Positions 1 through 10,988 are shown, counted from the first letter of the stretch. The stretch: DNA of 64,000 bases from Coleofasciculus sp. B1-GNL1-01 (GCA_040220235.1 JAVJTO010000044.1); one strand, 5' to 3'. Notes: a model not told the origin generated them from the letters alone. Translations and numbers: made by a program.

Positions 1-107
1 TCCTTCAGTGGAAAAACCTGTGGTGGAACTGCGATGGATTCTGGGTAAACGGATTTGATTCAGGGCGTAAAATGCTTCAATATGATGTTTTCAGATACAC
101 AAAAACT

Positions 108-131
108 GTAGGGGCGCACTGACGTGCGCCC
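108..131 (+). repeat. GTAG-REP palindrome (representative)
   Basis: GTAGGGGCGCAC-TGAC-GTGCGCCC; same family at 1892, 12050 and 54793, with other families at 1697, 8653, 10711, 10797, 10874, 21484 and 55785. Confidence 0.85.
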
Positions 132-182
132 GCTTGAATTTAGTCCTGATTTTTGCGCTTGAGTATTTCTTGGTCGATATAG

Positions 183-1592
183 TCATCTAGATGGGGAATA
201 TATTGCATGGCTTCCGCTTGGAGAACCTGATTGAGGCGGCAGATAATAACTGGCAATAATTGCCACCATCAACCACCATACTGTACTCACCTGAGGACGA
301 TACCAAACTGTGTCCACTAAACCATGAGACAACATTCCCGCCATGGTAGCGATCGCGGCAATTAACCAGAAGCCTTGAGGATTTCGCAGGGTGCGGAGTC
401 GGTTGATCAGTTGTACACCACGATTTACCGTAACCACAAGTAACCAGAGAAAGCAAAACAAGCCAATAAAACCTGTTTCTACCGCCACTTCCAAAAAGAT
501 AGAATAGGCACTCAACGCGGTATATTTAGGACGTTGGTACAAGGGATAAATCTTATTAAACGCATCATTTCCCGAACCAATACCAATAATCGGGCGATCG
601 CGAATCATATCAATCACCGCCGCCCACACATTCATCCGGAAATTATTACTACTATCTTCCCGCCCCGCAAAAATACTTGCCACTCGCACTCGCACCGGTT
701 CAACAAATAGCACCGCCAGAATAATTACCGCCGCACAACTCCCCAGCATCGCAGGCATTGCCCAAGAACGCCATTTTTCTGGTAATTGGATACTATACCA
801 ATACACGACCAGAACGGAGAAGATAAACAGACAGGCGACAAACCCAATCCAGCCGCCGCGACTAAACGTAAGAACCAGACAAGCGGAATTCACCACAAAC
901 ATGGTTAAAGCTAACGCTTTTGGAAGCCATCTCGTCCAAGCAAACACCGCCGCTAAACTCAACGCCACAGCCGGAATCAAATAACCCGCTAATAGATTCG
1001 GATTCCCCAAATAGCTATAAACCCGCGTCAAATCCGCCGCCGCCGAATTAGTATCAGTCCAGGTTGCCAACGCTTCTGCGCCGAAAAACCACTGTCGTAT
1101 CCCGTAAACGCTAACAATTAACGAAATATGCAGGAAAACGCCGATTACCCACGAACGCAGACGGGTTGATCGGAGTACCCGTGCCATTAGCGCAAAGAGT
1201 AATAAGTATAGCGTTAGTTTCACCAACCCCTGACGGGCTGCCACTTTCACCGGGGACATGGCTGTGGCAACAGTGGCAATTGACCAATACAGTAACACCA
1301 ACAGATGAATCGGTGTCACCTGGGGGCGTTCTCTCTCATCCGAGACAGTCAGCAGTAGCCAAAACCCTGCACAAGCAATTAACAACACGCCGATGAGGGC
1401 GGTAGAGACAAAGGGCGCAAGCGCAAACACAATCGCCACAAGCAACGCGCCCAAGGGTTCCGCCCACTGAAGCAGCCAACTTCCCCGCCGCCAAGCTTGC
1501 AGCAATCCCACGACGCGATATAAATAGCTAGCGCCGCGCCACTGATAGAAACGTAAGTTCGATAGAGTAACCTGTTGCCACACTGAATTCAT
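183..1592 (-). CDS. ictB: IctB family membrane protein (O-antigen ligase-like, putative bicarbonate transport associated)
   Basis: 469 aa polytopic membrane protein with RVYSYLGNPNLLAGY, GREDSSNNFRMNVW and HGLVDTVWYRPQV motifs typical of cyanobacterial IctB. Confidence 0.9.
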   Translation of the reverse strand: MNSVWQQVTLSNLRFYQWRGASYLYRVVGLLQAWRRGSWLLQWAEPLGALLVAIVFALAPFVSTALIGVLLIACAGFWLLLTVSDERERPQVTPIHLLVLLYWSIATVATAMSPVKVAARQGLVKLTLYLLLFALMARVLRSTRLRSWVIGVFLHISLIVSVYGIRQWFFGAEALATWTDTNSAAADLTRVYSYLGNPNLLAGYLIPAVALSLAAVFAWTRWLPKALALTMFVVNSACLVLTFSRGGWIGFVACLFIFSVLVVYWYSIQLPEKWRSWAMPAMLGSCAAVIILAVLFVEPVRVRVASIFAGREDSSNNFRMNVWAAVIDMIRDRPIIGIGSGNDAFNKIYPLYQRPKYTALSAYSIFLEVAVETGFIGLFCFLWLLVVTVNRGVQLINRLRTLRNPQGFWLIAAIATMAGMLSHGLVDTVWYRPQVSTVWWLMVAIIASYYLPPQSGSPSGSHAIYSPSR

Positions 1593-2206
1593 AGATTGGT
1601 GATTGGTTGATTGTTTCCGATTTAGCCCACGATCGCACCTAAAAGCGATGGCACTGAAAATTTACATTTGGGAATCGCCGAAACCCCTGATATACCGTAG
1701 GGTGGGCATTGCCCACCAGCCTTAATGAGCCTGCCATTCCACCAAGCGAGCGATGCGTAGTTAAAATCCTGAGTAAGACATTATTCAATCAGCTTACTCC
1801 AGATGAAGTTAATCGACTTCAGGATAAGTTTTGGCAAGAGGCGGTGAAGCCCTGGAATGGTGCAAGATTTCAGGAGATATCACATCTGAACGTAGGGGCG
1901 CATAGACATGCGCCCTGATTGATGACGCCGCTGTGCGCCCTGATTCAATCAACCCTATATCAGGAAAACATCTAACTCTCAAGCAACACTTTCTAAGACA
2001 AAGGGTTGAGTAAAGGGCGACCCGATCAAAGTGAGTGGACGCCGTTGTTCATTTGGGCAAGCGGGTCGCCCCTACAGGAAAACTTATACTCGATCATGAT
2101 GCGATCGCGGATTCTAGATTCTCTGCCTTATCTCCCTGAATCCGGTTACTATAGGCAGATTATATTGATTCGGTAGGGACACGATACTATCGTGCCCTAA
2201 TCTCAT

Positions 2207-4741
2207 CTAATGTCTGACTCGTTCTAATAGCAACGCCTGAGTATCTCGCAACTCAAACGATCGCAGATCACTCACCTCCAATCCCGGAGAGGCGATCGCA
2301 ATCTGCCATTCGTCCAAATCCAGTTGCAGCCAGTCTCCCAGCGTCACGGTAACTGGATCACCACCCATGTGAGACACCATCGCCATCTGATACGGCTGAT
2401 CACTCGCCCCCTCCTCTGTCGGTTGTGTGCGTAAGCCATAGAAAAGGGTATAGTTATCCTCACTAATTCGATTAAACCGATCCAACCCCGATAAATTATG
2501 CCGCAGCCAGGGATGATCATGACGGAAACGCCGCAGGGTTAAATTAAACGCCGCTAATTCTGGCACCAAATACTCCTCATAATTCCATACATTACAAGCT
2601 TGGTGCATATCTTCCATAAACGCCCTAGCAAATACCTTCAGTTTCCCGACATCTAACTCAGTTAATACCTGGGATTTTTCTGGTACATTTAGCTTCTGTA
2701 ATTGTGCCGCTGATTTCCGCTGGGTTGCTTCCTGTTTAACGTCTTCTTTCTCTGACTCCGCCCCCAGATAACGCTGACATAAACTTGCCACTTCTTCTAA
2801 ATCATAATTCGTTTCTTCAATGGCGTCATAAAGTCCCCGCATAAACTGACGTAATTCATCAATCTTGCGGAACCCCATTTGCTTCAGCCGGGGGAAAATA
2901 GTGTCTTGGTCATTGTAAACATATTTTTCCACCTGCCAATCCAAAAATCCGGCTTCTTCCGCCGCCACTTTTACCCCATAGCGATCATCGGTATTGCGGA
3001 AAAAGCCCCAGGCGGATTCCAGGGTACAGTTAATAAAGTCCATCGGTAAACCGGGACTAAACCCATACACCCATAACGTCACCGCCGGATTATTATACGC
3101 CGTATTCAACACTTCCGGTAAACTTTTCCCCAAATTCCAATTAATCGGTAATCCGGGTTCTACCTGAGTTCCTCGGCGTAAGGTGTCATGGTTTCCACAG
3201 CCAGTAATCCAGTTTTCGCCAACCTGCATCACATCACAGACGCGACGCCATTTCTTATCCCAAAACTTCTGCAAACCGGGGGTATTATGGGCAAAGATTA
3301 ACGGACCCCACTGAAATGCATCGGGCATAAATTCAACAATATCCCGATAGGTGGAAATCTCTTCCCACCCTTCAGCGGGCCAGGGGCGTCCATCTTCAAA
3401 AATAGCAAACAGTCGCCGCTGATGTGAGCCAATGTCTTGCACCACTTCGCCCATATCTTTGAGGTAGGCGTCATCATATTCGACTCGCCCGGATAAGGGG
3501 TTAAAAAACTTGAAATCTTGGGCACCATCTACGCGAATCCCATCAACGCCAAAATTATTTTTCCGCCGCTGCATTTCTAATAAGATAGCCCGCACAACTG
3601 GATTTTGATGGTTTACATCTTGACCGTACATATTCGGTCCCTTGAGGAAGCGCCCATTCAGGACATCTAACGCCTGGTTATCTGCATGACCATACACAAT
3701 ATCAAAGATGACTTGGATTGGACCCGTGGGGAAGGTGTGCAGGGTACTAATAAACTCCACTAATTCATCCGGGCGCAAGGTTTCCAGGACAGAGGGATTG
3801 GTCGCTGAAGACCCAAAAATAACGATATCATAACCCCAGTTTTGGATATCCGGTTTTTTCAGAGTGATTTTAATGTCCTCAGTTTCGTAATCTACCTGTT
3901 CAGTTTCCGGGTCGATTTCATCCAAGTCATCTTCATTGAAGATAAAAAAACCTTGTCCCAACTCATGTTCCATCCGATATTCTACCGTGGGTTCAATCGG
4001 GAGAAGTTGCACCGCGTCATAGCCGATGTAACATTGTTCGGCTGGGGTTAAAGCGTCATTGGCGTTAATTTTTTCCGCAATCCGTTGATAGATACGGGTT
4101 AATCCGGCTAGCGTTCCTTCTTTAGCGGCGGTGGTAATATGAATTTGTAAAATATTACGCGGTGGATGAACGCGAATAATCCCGGATTCATCGGCGTCCC
4201 CTTGACCTAAATACTCCAAGTCGCTACGTTTTTCTTGCAACTGATTCAGGTCATAGACTTCGGCGGGGGCGTAAACACCGTAAGGTAAGGAATAGGCTAA
4301 AACATCGCCAATGGTTTGGATTTCATTCTGGAAATCTAAGTATTTTAGCCAATAGAAGGAACCCATCTGGTCTTTGGTTCCCGGACGCATTCCAGAAACG
4401 ACGCCCCAGAAATATTCGCCGTGTTTTTCTAGTTGCAGGTGTTCCCGATGAACTTTGACCTTTTGGTTGGGTAAGGTGGGGTCAATTTTGTTCAGGGGGG
4501 TGAGAACTTCTAGATAAATGTTCTTGGGTTGGAACATATCTGCCCCTAATTCCGGTGCCCAGAAGCCTATTTCGGTAAGTCCATCGGCACGATAATGGGC
4601 ACCGAGACGGGTGGCTAATGTTTTGGCTTTGTGAAATATGGTGTCGTTGGATTGTTGAACGCTATCTGCCCAATCGAGGAGTTTTTGGGTTTCGTCGGCG
4701 ATTAAGGTGATGGGTGTTCTTTTGGTTGCAGTTTTTGTCAT
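2207..4741 (-). CDS. gghA: Glucosylglycerol hydrolase (GH13-like)
   Basis: RLGAHYRADGLTEIGFW, NWGYDIV, GIRVDGAQDFKFFNP, EDGRPWP and CGNHDTLRRG motifs. ATG at 4741 is preferred over the upstream track start at 4807. Confidence 0.8.
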   Translation of the reverse strand: MTKTATKRTPITLIADETQKLLDWADSVQQSNDTIFHKAKTLATRLGAHYRADGLTEIGFWAPELGADMFQPKNIYLEVLTPLNKIDPTLPNQKVKVHREHLQLEKHGEYFWGVVSGMRPGTKDQMGSFYWLKYLDFQNEIQTIGDVLAYSLPYGVYAPAEVYDLNQLQEKRSDLEYLGQGDADESGIIRVHPPRNILQIHITTAAKEGTLAGLTRIYQRIAEKINANDALTPAEQCYIGYDAVQLLPIEPTVEYRMEHELGQGFFIFNEDDLDEIDPETEQVDYETEDIKITLKKPDIQNWGYDIVIFGSSATNPSVLETLRPDELVEFISTLHTFPTGPIQVIFDIVYGHADNQALDVLNGRFLKGPNMYGQDVNHQNPVVRAILLEMQRRKNNFGVDGIRVDGAQDFKFFNPLSGRVEYDDAYLKDMGEVVQDIGSHQRRLFAIFEDGRPWPAEGWEEISTYRDIVEFMPDAFQWGPLIFAHNTPGLQKFWDKKWRRVCDVMQVGENWITGCGNHDTLRRGTQVEPGLPINWNLGKSLPEVLNTAYNNPAVTLWVYGFSPGLPMDFINCTLESAWGFFRNTDDRYGVKVAAEEAGFLDWQVEKYVYNDQDTIFPRLKQMGFRKIDELRQFMRGLYDAIEETNYDLEEVASLCQRYLGAESEKEDVKQEATQRKSAAQLQKLNVPEKSQVLTELDVGKLKVFARAFMEDMHQACNVWNYEEYLVPELAAFNLTLRRFRHDHPWLRHNLSGLDRFNRISEDNYTLFYGLRTQPTEEGASDQPYQMAMVSHMGGDPVTVTLGDWLQLDLDEWQIAIASPGLEVSDLRSFELRDTQALLLERVRH

Positions 4742-4937
4742 GTTTCCCTGGTTATTGATTAACAAAAGATTCGTTTTTATCCTGTAAGCGGTGGCAGGAT
4801 TTTTCAACGCAGAGGTTCGCAGAGGTTCGCGCAGAGGGGCGCAGAGGGTTTTTGGGTAAGGCTACATGACCGTGCGCCTACTGTCCAGTTAAACCTTTAC
4901 AAAGGACAAATGACTAATGACTAATGACTCTCTCCGA

Positions 4938-7202
4938 CTACTTATTCCGATCTAATTTCAGAATTAAAACGCCTAAGGGTGGCAAGCACAAGTCAATATA
5001 ATAAGACCAGCGAGGATGAGACCATTCCCCTGTCCATCGACCCCCCATATTCCCCATATTGCTACCGCCGTAATCTTCAGCATCGCTGTTCAAGACTTCC
5101 GCATAGAAACCGGGTTCGGGGACACCCACCCAATAGTCGGGATGAGGTTGAGGGGTAAAGTTACAGACGGTGACGATAAAGTCATCCGAGTCTTTTGCTT
5201 TGCGAATAAATGAGACGACGCTATTGTCGGCATCGTTACAGTCAATCCACTCAAACCCTTGATGGGAAAAGTCTTGGCTATAGAGGGCGGGTTCACTTTT
5301 ATATAGGTGATTTAAATCCGCCATAAATCGCTTCAGTTGTTGGTGGGGTTCATGTTGCAACGCGCCCCAATCTAAGTCTGCCCAAGCATTCCACTCATTC
5401 CGTTGTCCAAATTCCATGCCCATAAATAGGGTTTTCTTACCGGGATGGGTGTACATGTAGGCATATAAACAGCGGAGATTGGCAAATTTCTGCCAGTCAT
5501 CTCCTGGCATTTTACTCAATAGGTTGCCTTTTCCGTGGACGACTTCATCATGAGATAGCGCCAGCATAAAGTTTTCACTGAAGGCATACATGATGCTGAA
5601 CGTGACATTATTTTGGTGGTAGGGACGATACAGGGGATCTTTGGCAAAATAATCCAACATATCGTGCATCCAGCCCATATTCCACTTGAAGCTGAAGCCT
5701 AAGCCGCCCAAATAGGTGGGACGAGAGACGAGGGGCCAAGCGGTGGATTCTTCAGCAATGGAGAGGATACCGGGATAATAGCCGAATATCTGATAATTCA
5801 GATAGCGCAAAAAGTCGGCGGCTTCTAGGTTTTCGTTACCCCCATACTGATTCGGTACCCATTCCCCATCTTTGCGATCGTAGTCCAGGTATAACATGGA
5901 CGCCACCGCATCCACGCGAATCCCGTCAATATGATAGCGGTCAAACCAGAACAGGGCATTGGCAACCAAAAAGTTGCGAACTTCATTCCGGGCGTAGTTG
6001 AAGACTAAGGTTCCCCATTCCTTATGTTCCCCTTTGCGGGGATCAGCATGTTCGTAAAGATGCGTACCATCAAAGAAGGCTAACCCGTGAGTATCTTTGG
6101 GAAAATGACCCGGAACCCAATCCACAATCACGCCAATATCATTTTGGTGACATTGGTCGATGAAATACATCAAGTCTTGAGGCGTGCCATACCGGGAGGT
6201 GCAGGTGTAGTATCCGGCAACCTGATACCCCCAAGACCCATCATAAGGGTGTTCGGCAACGGGGAGAAGTTCGACGTGGGTGAATCCCAGTTCTTTGACA
6301 TAAGGAATTAGGCGATCGGCTAATTCCCGATAGGTGAGGAAGCGTCCTTCGGGTTTCTGGGAGACTTTCACCACGGGGCGAGTTTCCCCATCCGGGAATT
6401 CGGGCGGCGTCTCGGCACTCTCATGCAACCATGAACCCAAGTGAACCTCATAAACAGAAATGGGTTGTTCTTGGGGGTCAGTATGGCGACGCCGTTCTAG
6501 CCAGTCTTCGTCGTGCCAAGTGTAGTCTAGGCTATTGACAATTGACGCGGTTTGGGGTCTAATCTCCTGTTCAAAGCCGTAGGGGTCGGATTTGTGATAA
6601 ATATGTCCGACGTGGTTTTTCACTTCATACTTATAGTGTTCTCCGACACCAATTTCCGGGATAAACAGTTGCCAAATCCCGTTCCCCAGTTGGCGCATCT
6701 GATGTTCGCGTCCATCCCAGTTATTGAAATCACCGATAACGGAAACATTACGGGCGTTGGGTGCCCAGACGGCAAAGTGAACCCCTTGGACGCCATTAAA
6801 TTCTGTAGGGTGAGCACCCAATTTTTCGTAAATGCGATGATGATTGCCTTCGGCAAATAGGTGAATATCAAAATCTGTCAAACGCGGTGAACGAAAGGCG
6901 TAGGGGTCATAGATGACTCGTTCATGTTCGCCTTCTTTAATCCGCAGTTGGTAGTTGGCTAATTCCGGTATCTCAATCTCACATTCAAATAAATGAGGAT
7001 GACTGACAGCCTGCATCGGGTATTCTTCCCGTTCCGTGGGACGAATCACCCAAGCGGCGTCGGCTTTCGGCAGGTAAGCCCGCACAACCCAGCTTGTTTT
7101 ACCCTCCCGTTCAACGGGATGAGACCCAAGAATTTCAAAGGGATCATGGTGTCGATTACTCACAATCCGATCGATTTGATCTGGGGAGATGGTTATTGTC
7201 AT
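4938..7202 (-). CDS. glgB: 1,4-alpha-glucan branching enzyme
   Basis: 754 aa; WAPNARNVSV, YEVHLGSW, GSWGYQ, GIRVDAVASMLY, AEESTAW and LSHDEVVHGK motifs. Confidence 0.97.
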   Translation of the reverse strand: MTITISPDQIDRIVSNRHHDPFEILGSHPVEREGKTSWVVRAYLPKADAAWVIRPTEREEYPMQAVSHPHLFECEIEIPELANYQLRIKEGEHERVIYDPYAFRSPRLTDFDIHLFAEGNHHRIYEKLGAHPTEFNGVQGVHFAVWAPNARNVSVIGDFNNWDGREHQMRQLGNGIWQLFIPEIGVGEHYKYEVKNHVGHIYHKSDPYGFEQEIRPQTASIVNSLDYTWHDEDWLERRRHTDPQEQPISVYEVHLGSWLHESAETPPEFPDGETRPVVKVSQKPEGRFLTYRELADRLIPYVKELGFTHVELLPVAEHPYDGSWGYQVAGYYTCTSRYGTPQDLMYFIDQCHQNDIGVIVDWVPGHFPKDTHGLAFFDGTHLYEHADPRKGEHKEWGTLVFNYARNEVRNFLVANALFWFDRYHIDGIRVDAVASMLYLDYDRKDGEWVPNQYGGNENLEAADFLRYLNYQIFGYYPGILSIAEESTAWPLVSRPTYLGGLGFSFKWNMGWMHDMLDYFAKDPLYRPYHQNNVTFSIMYAFSENFMLALSHDEVVHGKGNLLSKMPGDDWQKFANLRCLYAYMYTHPGKKTLFMGMEFGQRNEWNAWADLDWGALQHEPHQQLKRFMADLNHLYKSEPALYSQDFSHQGFEWIDCNDADNSVVSFIRKAKDSDDFIVTVCNFTPQPHPDYWVGVPEPGFYAEVLNSDAEDYGGSNMGNMGGRWTGEWSHPRWSYYIDLCLPPLGVLILKLDRNK

Positions 7203-7401
7203 GGCGTTACCTTGTTTAACTTCCCAGACTTAATAGTAATCAAGATTTCTCCACTGGTACAATTTTGGGGGATTGGGGAAGGTGAGAGAATTATACCAAA
7301 TCCGAGGACAGAAACCCCCCTTATCCCTTGGCGGCTCTTGCCTGTTGCCTGTTACCTGTTGCCTGATAAAATCAGATAAAACACCATTTCCCAGGTCAAC
7401 A

Positions 7402-7749
7402 TTGAAACAACTCGTTGAATTTTCCCTAGACGATGACTCTACGTTCTTAGTCGAGGTAGATGAACCCGAAACGACGGCGGTTGAACGAGTCGCGTTACCC
7501 TCAGGACGTTTAGCCCTCAAAGCCCAACGTTCCTTTGATCAAGCACTAGATACGATTAAGCCTGTCGCCTCTAAAATTATTTCTAAACTAAACGATCTCA
7601 ACACGCCCGCCGATGAAGTGGAAGTCAAATTTGGACTAAAGTTAACCGCTGATGCAGGGGCAGTCTTTACCTCAGTCGGCGGCGAAGTCAGCTATGAAAT
7701 TACATTGAAGTGGAATCAGTCTCAGTCAAGGAAACGCGATGGCAGATAA
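7402..7749 (+). CDS. Trypsin-co-occurring (Trypco1 / CU044_2847-like) small protein
   Basis: LVEF..DD..FLVEVDE and PADEVEVKFGLKLTADAGAV..S.GGE..YEITLKW pattern; overlaps the downstream trypsin gene. TTG start at 7402 is inferred. Confidence 0.75.
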   Translation: MKQLVEFSLDDDSTFLVEVDEPETTAVERVALPSGRLALKAQRSFDQALDTIKPVASKIISKLNDLNTPADEVEVKFGLKLTADAGAVFTSVGGEVSYEITLKWNQSQSRKRDGR

Positions 7750-8605
7750 CTCCGCTTACCTAAATGCCTTTAAAACCGGGATTATTCGCATATCCCACGC
7801 CAATGGAGTTGTGGTTGGGGCAGGGTTTCTGGTATTTCCTAATTATGTGCTAACCTGCGCCCATCTGGTAGCTCAAGCGCTGACAATTCCCCCAAATACT
7901 CCCGATATGCCAACGGGTTTGATTGATCTAGATTTTCCTTTAATTGCACCGGGAAAGAAAATTAAAGCAAGGGTAGAGTTTTGGCAACCCGTGAATCCTG
8001 CGGTAGCTGGAGAAGATATTGCCGGATTAAAGTTGGAGGATAAATGTCCGCCGGGAGTGCAACCTGTGCGATTGGTTACAGCAGACGATGTTTGGCAACA
8101 TTCAGTACGGGTGTTTGGCTTTCCCAGTGGACATCCTGATGGCGTTTGGGCGACAGGGGTACTGCGCGGGGAATTAGGCAATGGATGGATACAAATGGAA
8201 GCGGTTAATGTCCCCGGTTATCGAGTAGAACCGGGCTTTAGTGGTGCGCCCGTGTGGGATGAAACCTTGTCGGGAGTTGTCGGGATGGCGGTGGCGGCGG
8301 AACGACAACGGGATGGGGTTAAGGCAGCGTTTATGATTCCCACAAAGGTGTTGAGTCAAGCTTGGTCGATGCTCGGTCAATTTGTTCACACGGCAATGAA
8401 ACCTAAACCCGCATTGAGTTTAGTTCAGCAAGCAAAAGCTAGAACTCGACAGAAAACTTTGGAAAGTTTAATAGCTGATTATGAAAATACTTATAATCAA
8501 TTGAATTATACATCAAATGCCGCTGAGCGCAACATGATTAAACGACAGTGTGATGTTCTTGAGCAGGAAATGACCGAAGTCGCCAACGTACTTGATGCAT
8601 TATGA
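7739..8605 (+). CDS. Trypsin-like serine protease with C-terminal helical effector-associated (EAD9-like) domain
   Basis: Catalytic triad motifs LTCAH, DIAGL and GFSGAP. The C-terminal ~60 aa resemble the N-terminus of the next ORF. Confidence 0.85.
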   Translation: MADNSAYLNAFKTGIIRISHANGVVVGAGFLVFPNYVLTCAHLVAQALTIPPNTPDMPTGLIDLDFPLIAPGKKIKARVEFWQPVNPAVAGEDIAGLKLEDKCPPGVQPVRLVTADDVWQHSVRVFGFPSGHPDGVWATGVLRGELGNGWIQMEAVNVPGYRVEPGFSGAPVWDETLSGVVGMAVAAERQRDGVKAAFMIPTKVLSQAWSMLGQFVHTAMKPKPALSLVQQAKARTRQKTLESLIADYENTYNQLNYTSNAAERNMIKRQCDVLEQEMTEVANVLDAL

Positions 8606-8728
8606 ATCATGAATTAAAATTTTCTATTCCCTGTATTTCGACCAGCCTGTTGGTAGAGACGTTGCAGGCAACGTCTCTACAATCTAGGAAAAAATGGTTC
8701 TATAATAATGTCAGATTGGGTATGATCA

Positions 8729-9739
8729 ATGACCAATGCCATAAGCACTAAGAAAAAGATGCTTCAGGCTCGGCTTGACCAATTAATAGTGGATTATGAG
8801 AGTCTATATCAGCAATTAAATTACACCCAAAATCAAGCCGATCGCAATCAGCTTAAGCGACAAGCAGAGGATGTATTTCATGAGATGGAAAGGGTGGAAG
8901 CCCAACTGAATCAATGTCAGTCATCTAATACAACTTACAACGACAATTATAAGAACTGGGAAAACCATTTACCTAAGATTAATTATTCTCAAGCCAGTAA
9001 ACTGTTTAATCGCATTTTTGACCACTTTGGCGAAAAAGGGGGCGCTGTCTTTTTCTTACTCCAGAATTGTCATCCCATGGGTGGAAAGTGGTGCATGGAA
9101 AAGATTAAAACTTCTCTCAAGGATAAAGGGGTGTGGAGTCCCCGTGCGGTCGGCTTTGCCGCCTGGGAACAGCCGAATCCCACAGATTTTATCCAGCGCT
9201 TGGGGGCTAGCTTTAACCTGGAAGATAATACCAGTCCGGTAGAAGTCGCGACTCAACGCCTAATCGATAAAATTTATAACTCTTTGCAAATTGACAGCAC
9301 CGTATTTCTGGAGATTCGACTCTTCTCCCTGGATAGCCAATCTGACTTTTTAGCCTGGTTAATTCCTCAATTCTGGATTCCTTTAATCAGCCGCTTACCA
9401 TTAATTCGCCAAGACCTTCCCTTGGTTAAATTTGTTACCGTTATGGTGGTGGAGACGAAAATTCCTCAAACTTGTCGGTCTCCCGCTCTATTTTGTCAAG
9501 GGGGTAAGTTGAGTAGCAAGAAGATTATTGAACTAAAATTAGGCAACTGGACGGAGAAAGAAATCAGAACTTGGTTATATCGATACTCCGGTTTGGCGAC
9601 GCCTAATATAGGGCGGACGCCAAGGGAAATTGAGCAGATGTCTCGTATGGTTTACCAAGTGAGCCAAGGTAGACCGATTGATGTTTATAGTTACCTTATG
9701 AACGAGTTGACTCGGGCTTTCGGAGTTGGAGGGAATTGA
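8729..9739 (+). CDS. EAD9-like + inactive STAND (iSTAND) domain protein
   Basis: N-terminal helical domain shared with the upstream protease. The rest has an NTPase-like layout with degenerate Walker motifs, and the gene lies directly upstream of a MoxR gene. Confidence 0.65.
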   Translation: MTNAISTKKKMLQARLDQLIVDYESLYQQLNYTQNQADRNQLKRQAEDVFHEMERVEAQLNQCQSSNTTYNDNYKNWENHLPKINYSQASKLFNRIFDHFGEKGGAVFFLLQNCHPMGGKWCMEKIKTSLKDKGVWSPRAVGFAAWEQPNPTDFIQRLGASFNLEDNTSPVEVATQRLIDKIYNSLQIDSTVFLEIRLFSLDSQSDFLAWLIPQFWIPLISRLPLIRQDLPLVKFVTVMVVETKIPQTCRSPALFCQGGKLSSKKIIELKLGNWTEKEIRTWLYRYSGLATPNIGRTPREIEQMSRMVYQVSQGRPIDVYSYLMNELTRAFGVGGN

Positions 9740-9743
9740 TGTC

Positions 9744-10676
9744 ATGAATTCGACCACTGAATATAAGTTTCAAGGGAATCCTAACGCTCGACCGAAATCA
9801 GCTCATCCGGATTCTCCCCAAACCCCTGAACCGTATATTGCCCCGGATGAATTGATTCAGGCGGTAAATTTGGCAATTTATTTGCGGCGACCGTTATTAT
9901 TAGAAGGAGAAGCCGGGTGTGGGAAAACGCGATTGGCTCGTGCGGTAGCCTATGAATTAGGATTACCATTTTATCGTTGGGATGTGCGTTCGACGAGTAA
10001 AGCTCAAGAGGGTCTTTATCACTATGATGCTATTTTACGTTTGCATGATGTCCAGATTCAGCAGTTAGAGACGCTGGACAAGAGTGACCAAAGCCGCAAT
10101 CCCAGTAATCCCAAATACTATCGCAAATTGGGCGCATTGGGGAAAGCGTTTATTCTGAAATCCTGTCCGGCGGTGGTTTTAATTGATGAAATTGATAAGG
10201 CAGATATTGATTTTCCCAATGATTTGCTTGCGGTTTTAGATGAGCCGTGGGAATTTACGATTCCGGAGACAAGGGAAAAAGTTCAGGCTGATTATCCGCC
10301 TATTGTGATGATTACCAGTAATAAGGAAAAGGGGAATTTACCTGCACCGTTTTTACGCCGTTGTTTATATTATTTTGTTGAATTTCCCAGTCAAGAGCGC
10401 TTAAAAGAAATTGTCGCGATTCACTACCAGATGCAGCAAATGACGGCTCCGGCGAGGGAATTAGTGGAGACGGCAACAGAACGATTTATTCAAGTGCGTC
10501 AGGAGGGAGGGTTGTTCAAGCTTCCCGGAACGAGTGAATTTTTAGATTGGTTGAAAGCACTGCAAACCTTTGAAAAGACGCCCTATAAGGCGGAAAAATT
10601 AGCCAAGGAGAAGCGGCTTCCTTATCGGGAATTGTTATTTAAGCTGCGGGCAGATTGGCAAAACTATGCTGTGTAG
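9744..10676 (+). CDS. MoxR family AAA+ ATPase
   Basis: RPLLLEGEAGCGKT (Walker A), VLIDEIDKADIDFPNDLL (Walker B) and ITSNKEKGNLPAPFLRRC. ATG at 9744 follows a GGAGG. Confidence 0.92.
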   Translation: MNSTTEYKFQGNPNARPKSAHPDSPQTPEPYIAPDELIQAVNLAIYLRRPLLLEGEAGCGKTRLARAVAYELGLPFYRWDVRSTSKAQEGLYHYDAILRLHDVQIQQLETLDKSDQSRNPSNPKYYRKLGALGKAFILKSCPAVVLIDEIDKADIDFPNDLLAVLDEPWEFTIPETREKVQADYPPIVMITSNKEKGNLPAPFLRRCLYYFVEFPSQERLKEIVAIHYQMQQMTAPARELVETATERFIQVRQEGGLFKLPGTSEFLDWLKALQTFEKTPYKAEKLAKEKRLPYRELLFKLRADWQNYAV

Positions 10677-10710
10677 GGTCATTTATCTTATGTCATGTAT
10701 ACGCAAAATC

Positions 10711-10983
10711 GTAGGGTGCGTTAGCGTTCGCGCAGCGTTCCCGAAGGGTAGCGTAACGCACCATTTTTCTAAAAACGATAGGTAAAAATCAACCCTGTAG
10801 GGGCGACCCGTTGCATCAATTAACAACACCAATCCACTCAATAGGCTTGGGTCGCCCTCTCTTCTCGCAATGGGTAGCGAGCAAGATGCAAAGCCTGCGG
10901 CATGGCTTCGCTTAACGCACTACAATGAAACGGGTAAACTCACCCCGACAATTGACGACAGACGTGCCATGGTACGTCTCTAC
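10711..10983. repeat. Cluster of four different GTAG-REP elements between moxR and vWA
   Basis: GTAGGGTGCGTTA..TAACGCACC; GTAGGGGCGACCC..GGGTCGCCC; GTAGCGAGC..GCACTAC; AGACGTGCCATGGTACGTCTCTAC. Confidence 0.8.
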
Positions 10984-10988
10984 ATGAT

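Noticed and set aside
1709..1918. 69-aa ORF between two REPs
   Set aside because: It starts and ends inside REP palindromes and has no recognisable domain; at most a gene fragment.
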